This document shows positions 38,670 to 53,428 of a stretch of DNA of 64,000 nt, piece by piece. The notes below the pieces were generated by a model. The model made no database searches. It worked only from the letters and a program-made list of their open reading frames with translations, and was not told where the DNA came from. The stretch's first letter is position 1, and each line of letters begins with the position of its first letter. The stretch is taken from contig OX597817.1 of the NCBI GenBank assembly GCA_951406725.2, positions 15,934,001-15,998,000 on the forward strand. Reading direction: 5' to 3'. Source of the stretch: Octopus vulgaris. Taxonomy: Eukaryota. The translations under genes and the position numbers were made by a program.

Positions 38670-39865
38670 ATTCCTTGAGGAAAATAACTTGCTGAGTGAT
38701 ACCCAGCATGGTTTTCGACCAGGTAGGAGCTGCCTGACCCAGCTCTTACAACATTATGACTGGGTGTTGAGGCAGTTACTTAACAAATCAAATGTGGACG
38801 TAATCTACCTTGATTTTGCAAAAGCTTTTGACAAGGTGGATCATGGTATGATATGCCGCAAACTACGTGACCTCGGCATAGCTGGAAAACTTGGAGTGTG
38901 GTTACATGACTTCCTGAAAGATAGAAGTCATGCAGTAGTGGTTAATGGAGCCACCTCTATGAACACACAAATAGTGAGCGGTGTTCCACAGGGCACTGTC
39001 TTGGGACCACTGCTTTTTATAGTGGCCCTCTCAGATACGCCCTCAAATGCCCGGATAGCCACTCTGGCCAGTTATGCAGACGATACGAAAGTCTCGCAGA
39101 AAATACAGAACCCCAGCGATGTTGCACACCTGCAGCAGGAGTTGGACTCAGTCTACAGATGGGCTGAGGATAATAACTGGCTGGGTGGATCCTAAGAACA
39201 TTCAGAACCAGAGATAAGGAAACCATGATGGTCCTCTGGCGGACATTCGTCCTCAGCCGCCTGGATTACTGCTCACAGCTATGGTCACCCACCAGTGTAT
39301 AATTAACAGCGGACCTCGAAGCAATCTAGAGAAGATTCACAAAAAAGATCGTCTCTTTGCAACAGCTCAGTTACTGGGAAAGGTTGAAACAGCTAAGACT
39401 CTACTCCCTGGAGAGAAGACGGGAGAGGTATGCAGTAATATATGTCTGGAAGATCCTGGAAGAAATTGTACCAAATTTTGGCATTGTAAGCTACACCAAT
39501 GCTAGAACGGGACGACACTGCATAGTTCCAAAGATCCCAGCAATGTCATCACGCTTCAGGACCAGCTTCTGCAACAGCCTGGGTTTCAAGGGCCCACAGC
39601 TTTTTAATATTCTCCCAAAGAGTCTGAGGAACTTGCACAAAGTAGATGTAGCAGTTTTTAAATCAAAGCTGGACATCTTCCTGTCAAGAGTCCCAGATGA
39701 ACCTACCTCACGGCAAGGGGTGCAAATGAGAGTAGCTATATCAAACTCCATTCTTCACCAAGTGCCACATATTAGACGAGGTTCTTCGCAATAACAGTGT
39801 AGCACAAAACGGCGGTGCATCAGCATGGCCGCAGCTCTGAGCTGAAACTAGAGAAGAAAAAAAAA
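38670..39865 (+). mobile_element. CR1-clade LINE, second copy with internal deletion
   Basis: Same RT motifs as 28709-30380; sequence skips about 200 bp near 39177. Confidence 0.9.
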
Positions 39866-40384
39866 TGTTTATATATATCATAGATATTTATATATATTAT
39901 GTATATATTTATATATATATTATATATATTAGCAATTAAGGACAACTACTTAATAAGGAAAACTTAGCAAGAAATTGTCAGGTAGATAGCGTAAAAACCT
40001 CATAAGAGAAAAAATTTCGAAAATAATTATTTCTTATTGAACATATTAATTTATATATAGAGGGCATTATACATACATGCCAGAAGGCATTATATATACA
40101 TGCCAAACGCTAAGAGGGACAATTAGTCATTTCTACCAAAAATATTACTAATCCCATCGAATGCAATTTTTCAAAGTAAGACATTTAAAAAAATATAGAC
40201 CTGTATCACAGTGATTTCATACTTACGTACTCATATTATATATATTTTTATATATATATCGTATATATATTATACGTATATTATATATATACTTATATAT
40301 ATTATATACATATTATATATATATTTATATATATTATGTATATATTACATATATATTTATATATATTATACATATATTCATATA

Positions 40385-41290
40385 CAGGTTGGGAAAGCAA
40401 AATTTACAATGAACGTTAAGTTATTTTTCTCAGCAGGCACTAAGTGAATTGTTTTGAAATCTAGCAGATATTGACGTCATCATCATACCTAACACTATTA
40501 TCCTTATCTTTTCAGAAACTTTTGCTCATATGAGTAATCAGGAAAGCAAACCTCAAAGAGTGTGTGATTTGCTGAATGCACTCGTCACACCAAAGGAGAT
40601 TTCAAGAATAGTTGGAGTGTCCATAAAGACTGTTTATAATGTAAAGAATAGAATGACCATGAGCAAAACTATTACGAGCAAGTCTGGAAGTGGAGGCATG
40701 AACAAAAAACGTACCAAAGCTTTTATTAAAGCTCTCCAATCTCAAATCCTAAAGGATCCAACCAAATCTATAAGAAAAATGGTAATTGAACTTGAGGTAG
40801 ACAACAACTCCATTAGAAATGTAGTAAAATATGATTTGAGATTAAAATCTTACACAAGAACACCAAAACACTTGTTGACAACAGCTATGAAGGAAAAGAG
40901 ATCGGAAAGGTGCAAGAAAATTATTACATGGTTCAAGAAAAATCGAACTTTAGCAATTTTTGGGAATCATGTTTTTGGCCGCCTTCTAGCCCAGATCTAA
41001 CCTTCTGGATTATGCTATTTGGGGCGTTTTAGAACATGCTACCAATAGACCATCACACAGCAATGTCGAATTTCTTAAAGATACTATTAAAGAAGAATGG
41101 GGAAAGTTGTTTCCCGAATATTTGAGGAGCACTTGTGCAAGTGTTTTGAAGAGCACTTGTACAAGTTTCAGGAAGCGTGTGAAGGCAGTTATTGATAAAG
41201 AATGTGGACACATAGAATAAAAATATTTTCTATTATGTAAATTTTCTTGTAGCAAATAAATTCTCATGACTTTCAATAAACTAAAGACAG
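40385..41290 (+). mobile_element. maT (DD37D) transposon, internally deleted
   Basis: TA-CAGGTTGGG start; HTH ORF at 40530; jumps to WPPSSPDL region. Confidence 0.8.
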
Positions 41291-41302
41291 TTTATGACCA
41301 AC

Positions 41303-42699
41303 TTAGTTTATTGAAAGTCATGAGAATTTATTTGCTACAAGAAAATTTACATAATCTATATATATAAAACTGTAGTTGTGTGAGTGTCTGTCTCCTACGA
41401 TTTAGATTCCTAACTACTCCCACATTTTGCGGTGCAGTTTAACCAAATTCGGGTATCTTATAGTCGTGATTCATATCGAACCCGTCAGGGTATTAGCGCG
41501 CGTCTACGATGAGACTACGATTTTAAAAATAATTTAACATCATTTTTTTCCATTTTAACGCATATTTTTTCGTGTGTCGATGGCGGCGGAGTTGGCGTCC
41601 ATGGTCACACCTGCACCTGTGTTGCTTCTCCCCTTTCTTCCCTCCCTCGTGAAGCTGTGGGGAAGGGAGTGTAAGGAAATCAACGTCGTAAAGCGTTGTC
41701 AAGGAGACCAGCGTTCTTTTAGAACAACGACTTCATGGCTTGAAGACTCCAAAACAGAATTGGCTAAGAAAGCCCGAATTGGCATCTATAAGGGAAGTAA
41801 CTCTCTAAAAATGCTTATATAGTTATTTCCCTTACAAACCCGAGCAACGCCGGGCGATACTGCTAGTAGAAAATAATAGAAAATAACTGCCTTCACACGC
41901 TTCCTGAAACTTGCACAGGCGTTCCTCAAATATTCGAGAGACAACTTCTCCCATTCTTCTTTAATAATATCTTTAAGAGAGTCGGCATTGCTGTGTGATG
42001 TTCTATTGGTAGCATGTTCTAAAATGCCCCAAATAGCATAATCCAGAACGTTTAGATCTGGGCTAGAAGGCGGCCATAAACATGATTCCAAAAAATGACT
42101 AAGTTTGGATTTGCAGAAATCTTGTATTTTTCTAGCTGTGTGGGCTGGAGCACCATCCTGCATCCATACATAATTACCAGCTGGGTAGTTTGCTTTAAGC
42201 CTTGGCAATACCCGGTATCTCAGAGTCTTTTAGTAAGTATTAACATTGATCTTTTCATCAGATTTGTAGAATTTTATAGGCATTTTCTTTCCATCGAAAG
42301 CCACAACACCAAAAGCCATAACTTGAGCTGGATGTTTTGTTTTGAATGTCCCCTTAACCTCAGCTGTCGATTTTGCGATAGGTCTGTCATTTCTGCGGTT
42401 CAGAACAGTCTCGACAGTGAAGATCTTTTCGTCTGAAAAGATCGTTACAATGGAGGACTTTTACTTGAACCAGGTAATAATTTTCTTGCACCTTTCCAAT
42501 CTCTTTTCCTTCATAGCTGTTGTCAACAAGTGTTTTGGTGTTCTTGTGTAAGATTTTAACCTCAAATCATATTTTACTGCATTTCTAATGGTGTTGTTGT
42601 CTACCTCAAGTTCAATTGCCATTTGTCTCATGGATTTGGTTGGATCCTTTAGGATTTGGGATTGGAGAACTTTAATAAAAGCTTTGGTACGTTTTTTGT

Positions 42700-42700
<1 letters not shown>
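41303..42700 (-). mobile_element. maT (DD37D) transposon, 5'-truncated, tail-to-tail with previous copy
   Basis: FSDEK, QDGAPAH, WPPSSPDLNVLDY with 37 residues between the last two Asp. Confidence 0.85.
41355..41866 (+). mobile_element. Non-autonomous Helitron nested in maT
   Basis: TC...CCCGAGCAACGCCGGG...CTAG; empty site ACATAA/TAGAAAATA reconstructable from the sister maT copy, no TSD. Confidence 0.85.
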
Positions 42701-43165
<465 letters not shown>

Positions 43166-43689
43166 AAATCTCGCTTTATGAGACACTATCGTACGTTAAA
43201 TTCAAATTATGATGAACGTAAGCAAATAAACGAAGTTTGCTTTAGAAGCGTTGAGATGTCTTAGAAAGTTTAAGAAGTGATTTTAAATTCTCAAACGCAG
43301 GATAATGCTAATAATACAGTCTGAACAGGAGAAGCTATCCCTATTTTGCAGAAAAAAGTGTTAGCGGCCGGCTATGAGACTCGAACTCACACCTCCACTT
43401 CTTTAACTTTCTAAGACAGAAAATATAATTATATATATATATATTACACGAGGCTAAAAGTGGTAGGCAAGCCTATGTTTGAAAAAAGTTATAATATTCA
43501 AGTAAAAATGTACATAAAAGCAGAAAAAAAACCAAAGAGAACTTAACAAGGAAAAACATGTATCACAGACAAGCCCGGCCGGTGTATTCGAGAGAGGTGT
43601 ATGCTCTCTTGAATAGCGCAATCGAGGGAGTGCGATAGAGTACTTGAACTCAGGCCAGTCTTGTAGAATGGTATAGCTACACTTATCTC

Positions 43690-45758
43690 TGTCTACGCCC
43701 CACATGCGGGCCTACCGAATGAACAGAAGGATCACTTTTTGATATTCTTCTGCAGGTTGCCTCAAAGACGAGTGATAATGATCTCAGCTTTCTGGCTGGA
43801 GATTTTAATAGGCATGTCGGACAGCAGTCTGGTATCTTCCACGGTGTACCAGTAATGAAGAGGGAACTAGGCTCCTGGAGTTCTGCAATGCAAATAACCT
43901 ATTGATCTGCAACACCAACTTCAAGAAGCCATCTAGCCACCCGATAACTTATCAATCAGGTGACTTCGCTAGCCAGATCGATTTCATTCTCACCAGACAG
44001 CGAGATGCATGGTTGCGCTTAAATGCAAAGACCCTCCTCCCTGGTGAAGAATATACCCTCCAACATACACTAGTTATTTGTGACTTTAGACTCGAGGCCA
44101 GAAGGATCCCAAAAACCAAACTAATCTGGAAAAGAAAGACTTGGAATCTTAGGAACCCTTTACATGATCAGAGATTTAAGGATATCCTTACCGGGAAATT
44201 TGATGATAGGGAGAAGCTACAGTCCAGTGACATAGAAGGCAGCTGGGAATTCTGCAAGACAGCTTGATGAGAGCCACAGACCAAATCTGTGGCTGGTGCA
44301 AAGTCCCTTCCAGACCTAGAGCAACATGGTAGAACAACACTGTAGACAAGGCCACTAGAGCAAAGAAATAGGCCTGGAATGCCTGGAAAAGTAGGGGTAG
44401 CAGGAGAATGTGTCAGATAGCAAAAGACAGGTATATATAGCCAAGGGTGTAGCAGAAAAGAAGTTTGCCGATGTTCAGTGATCTCAAGACCAGAGAACTG
44501 AAGTATTTCGGATTGCTAGACAGTGTGAGAGAAAACCACGATGTCATAGAAAAGATATGTGTCCGCATGGATAATGATGCCCTTGCGTTTAATGATTCTG
44601 CAAAGAAAGAGGTTTGGAGATGCCATTATGAAAGACTGTTGAATGTGGAGAATGAATGGGATGAGGAGAGTCTGCCAAAGGTTGACCCAATTGAGGGACC
44701 AGCTTTCCAAATCGACAGTACCCAGGTAGATAAAGTAATTAAGGATATGAAGACAGGGAAAGCACCTGGCCCATCAGGAATCACAACTGAGATGCTTAAA
44801 ACATCGTCCGGTGTGGGTTATAGTCTTGTCACCCGCATCGTAAATCAGGTAGTTCATGAAGGAATCATACCCAATGATTGGTGTAGCAGCACCATAGTCA
44901 ACTGCTACAGGAGGAAAGGTGATGCTTTAGATAGAAATAACTACTGAGGTATCAAATTATTGGATCAGGTGATGAAAGTTACAGAGAGAGTCATAGCCCA
45001 ACTAATTAGGGAGAGAGCTAGCCTAGATGAGATCCGGTTTGGTTTTCTGCCAGGCAGAAGCATCACTGATGCTATATTTCTGGTAAGGCAACTACAGGAG
45101 AAATATCTAGCCAAAGATAAACCTCTGTACTTGGCTTTTGTTGACATGGAGAAAGCCTTTGACAGGTTCCCCCGATTCATTATCTGGTGGTAAATACGGA
45201 AACTGGGAATAGACGAGTGGCTGGTAAGAGCTGTAAAACCTCTGTACAGGGACGCTGTCAGTAAGCTGAGGGTTGGCAACGAGTATAGTAAAGAATTCCG
45301 AGTAGAAGTAGGGGTTCACCAAGGATCAGTCCTCAGCCCCGTCTTATTCATTATAGTCCTCCAGGCAATAACAGAAGAATTCAAGACAGGATGCCCTTGT
45401 TCTAATAGCCGAGTCACTGCCAGAACAGGAGACAAAGTTTAGGGTGTGGAAGCAAGGTCTAGAATCGAAGGGCCTTAGGGTTAACCTAGCCAAAACCAAA
45501 GTCTTAGTAAGTAGGAGGCTGTCAAATCACAAACCCCTTCATGTAGATGGCCCTGCTCGATTTGTAGAAAAGGTGTGAGTAGAAACTCCATACGATGTAC
45601 CTGGTATAAGCTATGGACAAATAAGAGGAGCCGACATGATCTGCACGGATGACTGTAAAATTCTTCACTCTCACCTCAGTTTCCAAGTGGTAGTTATTGA
45701 GATGGGTCTCAGTGAGGACGAAAAAGGGATATGGTGCGGATGGTCATATATACATATC

Positions 45759-45809
<51 letters not shown>

Positions 45810-48800
45810 CTTCCAGATCTTCCCCTCTCTGAGGTGGCGCGCTCCCTCCGCAGTATGGGCCTGCGCTTCATCCCCCTCACTCCATCCAGCAACGAATTTC
45901 GGACTCGTGCCGATATCCACAGCTTTGAGCGCTATTCCACAACACTCCACCTGCATCTAATGAGGAGGACTGCTTCACCTACCTAGGCCGCCGACCATTC
46001 CAGTGGACGCCAGCTCCTGGCCAGTTCCAAGCAGTTGATCTTTTTGCGGGCCTCTGCCAGTGCGCTGTGGACCGGTTTGACTTTTCCAGGCGTCCCCAAC
46101 ATCTGAACATTTCCCCAGCCGAACTCTCGGCGCTTCGATGTCTCCAACGCCGCAAAAACATCATCATAAAACCGGCCATGACCTCATCTCCTACTCCCGT
46201 CTCCCCACCGCCTCCAACTTCATTGTCCGCACCCCTCGCACCCCTACATTTTACTTCCTTCCCAAAATCCACAAACCTAACAACCCTGGCTGCTCCATCG
46301 TCTCCGTCAGCAACTGCCCCACCAAACTCATCTCCAAGTATCTTGACCGTGTCCTTGTCCCCCCTAGTGGCTTCCCTCCCCTCTCACATCCATGACACAA
46401 ACCATGCTCTTCGTCTGTTCCACTCTTTCTCCTTCCCTCCTGGCCTCTCTAAACTTCTCTTCACTCTTGACATCAAGAGCCTATATACGGTGATCCCTCA
46501 CCACGAGGGGCTTCGTGCATTCCAACACTACCTTGACCTTCGACCCAACCCCCAACCTGACACATCCACACTTCTTCGACTGGCCGAAATTGTTCTCTCC
46601 CTTAACTGTTTCTCGTTCGCGGGTGATTTTTACCCCAAACTATTCGATCGTAATATTGATGACTGTATCGGTGCGACCTCACTCTCCCGCGAACATCTAG
46701 ACTCCTTCCTCTCTTTTGTTAAATCTTTCCATCCTGCCCTCCACTTCTCCTGCACTATTTCCAAGACTTCCGTCGCCTTTCTCGACATTTCGGTCAGCAT
46801 TCATCACTCCACTCTCACCACCTCTATCCACTACAAACATACAGACTCACACTCATACATTAACTTCCCCTCCTCCCACCCTAAACACACTAAACTCTCC
46901 ATCCCCTATTCCTCTGTCTGCGCAGGCTCCGCAGTGACAACCATGACTTTGAGACTCAGTCTCAACTCATGGCTCGCCACTTCATCTTACGTGGATATCT
47001 CTTCATCACTATCCACACTGCCTTTGCCAGAGCATGTTCCGTGGACCGTGCATCTGCTCTCTCACCCCAAACCCGCCCCGCCGTCACCCCTCACCTACCA
47101 CCCCTCCACCCTACCTCTCCAACGCACAATTCTCCAAGCCTTCCGGCGACTGCAGTCCAACCCGTCCACTTCGCAAATCTTCCCTAACCGACCCCACCCC
47201 TCCTTCAAACGAGCCCACAACCTACGTGACCTCCTGGTCCACAGTTTCTTCCCTAATCCAACCTCCCAACCCGGCTCGTTTCCCTGCCCCCGCCCACGCT
47301 GCTGCAGTTGCCCTTACACCACCATCCTCACAGGCACCCATCATCGATCCTATCATATCACTGACTCCTTCGCCTGCACTTCTAGCAACATCATCTACTG
47401 CATTTCTTGCTCTTTCTGTCTTTCTCTGTACATCGGTCAAACGGGACACCGCTTGGCTGATCGGTTCGCGGAACACTTCCAAGACATCAGACTCGACAAC
47501 GACACCCCTGTCTCGCGCCATTTCCGCTCTACCGGTCATTCTTTACAACACCTGTCTGTGTTCGGATTGTCCTCGCACAGGGGCCATCCGGACTCCCGTC
47601 TTCACCGTGAACAAGAATTAATCTTCTCCCTTCGCTCCCTTGCACCACATGGGCTCAACTTTCCTCCCCTCTTCATCTAACCCCCTCCACTCTCCTCTCA
47701 CACCTACTTCCTCCCTTCACTCCCAGCCACCTCTCCTATGCTCTCTTGCTCTGACACCTACTTCCTCTCTTCACTCCTACTCACCCTCTCCCTTCCACCT
47801 TCTCCCTTCATCGACACTCCCGCCATCGTAACTCCACCCTAAACATTCCAACCCCCGTACATCCCATCACATCCCACCCCATCCCAGACATTCCACTCCC
47901 ACCCTCATACCCAATTCCCACATACTTCACCCTCATCCAACCCATGCCTTACCCTATCTTCCACACACCCCAACACAACCACACCACCATACCACTACAT
48001 GTAGTTGACAGCTTTTGTTACCTCAGTGACCAAGTGAGTAGCAGAGGTGGATGGCCTGAAGGTGTAGCTGCTAGAATAAGAATAGCCTGAACAAAGTTCA
48101 GAGAGCTCCTACCTCAGCTGGTGACAAAGGGCCTCTTGCTCAGAGTAAAAGGTAGACTGTATGACGCATGTGTGCAAACAGCCATGCTACATGACAGTCA
48201 AACATGGGCCGTGACTGCTGAGGGCATGCGTAAGCTTGCAAGGAATGAAGCCAGAATGCTCCGTTGGATGTGTAAAGTCAGTATGCAAACACAACAGAGT
48301 GTAAGCACCCTGAGTGAAAAGTTAGATTTGAGAAGCATCAGATGTGGTATGCAAGAGAGACGACTGCACTGGTATGGTCATGTGTTGCGTATGGATGAGG
48401 ACAGCTGTGAGAAAAAGTGTCACACCCTAGCAGTTGAGGGAACCTGTGGAAGAGGTAGGTCCAGGAAGACCTGTGATGAGGTGGTGACACATGACATTTG
48501 AACATTGTGCCTCACTGAGGCAATGACAAGTGACCGAGATCTTTGGAGATATGCTGTGCTTGAGAAGACCCAGCAAGCCATGTGAGACCATAACTGTAGC
48601 TTATGCCAGTGCTGCATAACCAGCCCATTTAAGAGTACCCTTCAATCATTGGGCAATAAACAGTGCTTGTGAAGACCTGTTGAGGCAAGTGAAACAGCTG
48701 TTGTGTTCGATCACAGTACCACCTGATTGGCACCCGTGCCAGTGGAATGTTAAAAGCATCATTCAAGCACGATCATTGCTAGGGCTGCCTGACTGCGTCC

Positions 48801-49110
48801 TATGCTGGTGGCACATAAAAAATACCGTTTGAGCGTGGTTGTTGAGAGTGCCACCTGACTGGCTCCTGTGCAGTTGGCACATAAAAAGCACCATTTGTGT
48901 GTGATCGATGCCAGTACTACCTGACCTGGCCCTTGTGCTGGTGGTACATAAAAGCACCCACTACACTCTTGCAGTTAGGAAGGGCATCCAGCTGTAGAAA
49001 CTTTGCCAAATAAGATTTGGGCCTGGTGCAGCCTTCTGGCTTGCCATCCTTCAGTCAAACCGTCCAACCCTTGCCAGCATGGAAAGCGAATGTTAAATGA
49101 TGATCATGAC
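43690..49110 (+). mobile_element. RTE LINE (APE + RT + PHD-like + tail) split by a PLE at about 45630-48000
   Basis: AGDFN, SQIDFIL, KAPGPSGI, FVDMEKAFD, GVHQGSVLSP, WPCSICRKGV; resumes VVDSFCY at 48001; (GAT) tail. Confidence 0.9.
45810..48000 (+). mobile_element. Penelope-like (Neptune-type) RT + GIY-YIG pseudogene
   Basis: FYFLPKIHK, LDIKSLYT, NIDDC, CPRPRCCSC, NIIYCISC...LYIGQTG. Confidence 0.9.
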
Positions 49111-49150
49111 ACATATGTACATATCTATATATATATATATCAATATATAT

Positions 49151-49208
<58 letters not shown>

Positions 49209-49456
49209 GTATGTGTGTGTGTATATGTATATATAGATATATATTTATTTATATATATATATATATATACACACACACGTACATACATGTGTATATATAT
49301 ATACATACAAGTTTTTATCTTCATAATTATGATGTGCACTCTTCTATCAATCTCTCTCCCTCTCTTGTTCTTCAGCCTTCTGTTTTTCTCTCCCACCTTT
49401 CCCTATATACATACATACATGCATATATGAATACATACATATATATATATATATAT

Positions 49457-49491
<35 letters not shown>

Positions 49492-49612
49492 CATACATAC
49501 ATATATATATTCATACATACATACATACATACATATATATATTCATACATACATATATATATTCATACATACATACATATATATATTCATACATACATAC
49601 ATATATATATTC

Positions 49613-49651
<39 letters not shown>

Positions 49652-49813
49652 CTTACATACATACATATATACATACATATATACATGTATACATACATAT
49701 ATACATATATACATACATACATATATACATACATATATATATACATACATATATACATACATGCATACATACATACATACATACATACATACATACATAC
49801 ATACATACATACA

Positions 49814-49849
<36 letters not shown>

Positions 49850-50578
49850 CAAAACTAGGCTTTAAATGTCTTTGGCACAGAAAGCAAAATCAATAGATAC
49901 TGAGATGTCTACTCTTCTATTTGTACGAGCTTTTACAAATGGGCCGACTGTTTTTTTTAGTACATTTTCTATATTCTCTGCATGTATTTACATGTAGTGA
50001 GAGATGCATGGCTGTGGAGAGTTTTAACTCTTCTTTCTAGCAAACAGGTGCATATCGTGCCCTAACTTTTAATATATAGTTTGCTTATTTTGCCTATTTG
50101 GTTATGTTTTATCATAATTTAATGAAAAACCTATGAAAACAGGTTTTAATGAAAAACCTATAAAAACAAGACATTAATACTACAGAGCTAGAGCCAGTTT
50201 TGGCCAGGTTGGTAATGAAAGGGTTAAAGATAACGAAAACTTTATTTCAATTTTGAATTTATAATTGCTTGCTAATGTTCATTTGGAAGTCGTGGGACCT
50301 TCAGCTGGACAGACTTGCACAGAATGGTAAGTATAGTTTTAAAAATAGTTTACATAATAAGCCTAGCTGTCGTTGGCACAGAAAGCGAAGTCAACCGATA
50401 CTGGGATATCTACTTTCCTATTTGTAGTTTTACAAATGGGACAACTTTATTTTTTTTAGTATATTCACTACATTCTCCATGCATGTTTACATATAGCGAG
50501 AGATATGTGGCTTTGGGAAGTTTTAACTCTTCTTTCTAGCGAACAGATGCATACTGTACCCTGACTTTTAATATATAT

Positions 50579-50776
50579 TTCCATGCTAGCATGGGTTGGA
50601 TGGCTCGACCGGAGTCTGGGAAGCCAGAAGGCTGCACCAGGCTCCAGTCTGATCTGTAGAAACACTGCCAGATCAGACTGGAGCCTGGTGCAGCCTTCTG
50701 GCTTCCCAGACTCCGGTTGAACGTCCAACCCATGCTAGCATGGAAAACAGACGTTAAACGATGATGATGATGATGA
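50579..50776 (+). mobile_element. RTE tail with inverted duplication of itself
   Basis: Arms 50579-50656 and 50669-50745, 12-nt spacer, (GAT)n tail. Confidence 0.85.
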
Positions 50777-51031
50777 TATATTTAAGGGCATCCAGTTGTA
50801 AAAATCATGCCAAAACTAACCTCTGTTGTGCTTGTGCCACATAATTAGCACTGAGTCCATTGTGGATTGATTGGTGTTAGGAAGGGCATCCAGTCATAAA
50901 ATCCCTGCCAACACAGACACAGTACCCTAGGGTAGCTTTTCTACCAGGCTGGCTCCTGTCAACCATCCTACCCATAGAAGAAGGACAATGGACATTAAAC
51001 GATAATGATGATATATATATATACATGTGTG

Positions 51032-51105
<74 letters not shown>

Positions 51106-51494
51106 TATACATATTTTCTGCCTGTTTTCATACTCGCTATGAACTCCATAGTGTTAAAATTTTACCTTCATTTATTACCCTTCTGCTCTGCTGAGATAGA
51201 AAGGAATTAAAAAAAATTTTTTTTTACTAACTTAGGTAGCTGGTAGATGCAGTATAGTAGTAGGCCAATTACAGTATGGTCTTCTTTAATTATCAATACT
51301 GTGCTGGGCATAATACATTTGCTATTTTATTTCTATGAATTTAGATTCTGAATTTAAATCGACTTTTTCTTAGATCTTTCCTGGGTCAATAAAATAAGTA
51401 TCAGACAAGCAGTTGGATCAATTAACTAATCTACACCCTTCTTCAAAATTTGTGGCTTTCTGCCAATCTTTTATCATCATCATCATCATCATCA

Positions 51495-51537
<43 letters not shown>

Positions 51538-51548
51538 CATCATTATTA

Positions 51549-51594
<46 letters not shown>

Positions 51595-51620
51595 CATTAT
51601 TATTATTATTCATATATGCA

Positions 51621-52035
51621 GGCGCAGGAGTGGCTGTGTGGTAAGTAGCTTGCTAACCAACCACATGGTTCCGGGTTCAGTCCCACTGTGTGGCACCTTG
51701 GGCAAGTGTCTTCTGCTATAGCCCCGGCCAGACCAATGCCTTGAGAGTGGATTTGGTAGACGGAAACTGAAAGAAGCCTGTCGTATATATGTATATATAT
51801 ATGTGTGTGTGTATGTGTTTGTGTGTCTGTGTTTGTCCCCCTAGCATTGCTTGACAACCGATGCTGGTGTGTTTACGTCCCCGTCACTTAGCGGTTCGGC
51901 AAAAGAGACCGATAGAATAAGTACTGGGCTTACAAAGAATAAGTCCCGGGGTCGATTTGCTCAACTAAAGGCGGTGCTCCAGCATGGCCGCAGTCAAATG
52001 ACTGAAACAAGTAAAAGAGTAAAGAGTAAAAGAGT
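51621..52035 (+). mobile_element. SINE family A, full length
   Basis: GGCGCAGGAGTGGCTGTGTGG head to GTAAAAGA tail. Confidence 0.9.
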
Positions 52036-52059
52036 ATACACACAACAGATTAGACTGTT

Positions 52060-53160
52060 GGAAAAGAAAACTTCCTAGCATCAGGCTACAAGTAACCTCA
52101 GATACCAAGGACCCTCCTAAGTATCCTAGCTCTCCCTAATAACACTGTTTTCTGGAGCTGTACTAAACTGGATTTTAATGCTTATTTCCTCTATCCATCT
52201 GTTCAAATCTTTAGGGATACTTCCCAATGCACCTATAACTACTGGGATACATTTTTACCCACACTTTCCATAGTCTCTGTAATTCAATGGCTAGGTCCTA
52301 GTACTTTGCTATTTTTCTAGACCTCTCATATTGATTTTTTTTTCATCACTTGGGACTGTAAAGTCGATTATCTGACACTTTCTATTTTCTTTATCTATCT
52401 TTATATATAAAAGTGAGGTTGTGTGCTGTCTGTCTCCTACGATTTAGATTCCTTACTACTCCCACATTTTGCAGTGCAGTTTAACCAAAACCGAGTATCT
52501 TATAGTCGTGATTCATATCGAGCCCTTCTGGGTATTAGCGCGCGTCTATAATGAGTCTACGATTTAAAAAAACATTTACCATCAATTTTTCCCATTTTTA
52601 ATGCATTTTTGGCATATATAAGGGAAGTAACTCTCTAAAAATTTATTATTAAATCTCAGAACGTAAAAAGCTACAGTAACACCCCCCATCCTTTGTGGTT
52701 AGCCATATTGAGATGGCTATTATACTTTACATCTCTAAAAATGCTTATATAGTTATTTCCCTTACAAACCCGAGCAACACGGGCTGATACTGCTAGTTAC
52801 TAATAAATCAGGCCTTCTAGCTTCTATTATTCTGTCAGTCTAAATGGTCAAGTTCCATAACATCATATATTTCCTACTTTCTAGTGCTTTACTAGGTTCA
52901 TGTTCATACCATTTATCAGTATGTTCAAATCCTAGCTATCTACAAAGTTCCCAGTGGATTACTCTCCCTAAGCTGCCATGTCTTTTCATGTACTCTTTCT
53001 GTTCCAGCACGCTACATTCACTTAATATATGAGTAACGCTTTCCTCTTTTGCCTTGCATAATCTACATTGGGAATCTACTTGGTTTTTGTCTATCTTGTC
53101 TTTTATCCAATTATTCCTTAATACTTGAATTATTATCTTTAACTCAGATTCAATCATATT
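52060..53160 (-). mobile_element. R4/Dong-like LINE remnant (CCHC plus restriction-like endonuclease)
   Basis: CRLCKAKEESVTHILSEC...KRH, RRPDL...IIDFTVP. Confidence 0.8.
52398..52796 (+). mobile_element. Non-autonomous Helitron nested in the R4-like LINE
   Basis: TC...CTAG; near-identical ends to 13628-14025. Confidence 0.8.
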
Positions 53161-53384
53161 CCTAGTAGAACTTATGTGGGTAGAGGGTTACTCTAAGTTT
53201 AGATATACACAAGCTTTCACTAATATTCCAAGTGCTTAAGACCCACCCGCTATTTCTTTTCCTGTCCCTAAGAGACAAATTTTCTGTAGAAGGGCATTCT
53301 ATTACAATCTTCTTGAGCCATTTGTCTATGTCTTTACATGTAGTTCCAAATGCATCTTTTATCAGTTATTATTATTATTATATA

Positions 53385-53427
<43 letters not shown>

Positions 53428-53428
<1 letters not shown>

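Noticed and set aside
51621-51697. tRNA gene at SINE A head
   Set aside because: A/B boxes present but continuous with SINE body and tail in many diverged copies; not a standalone tRNA
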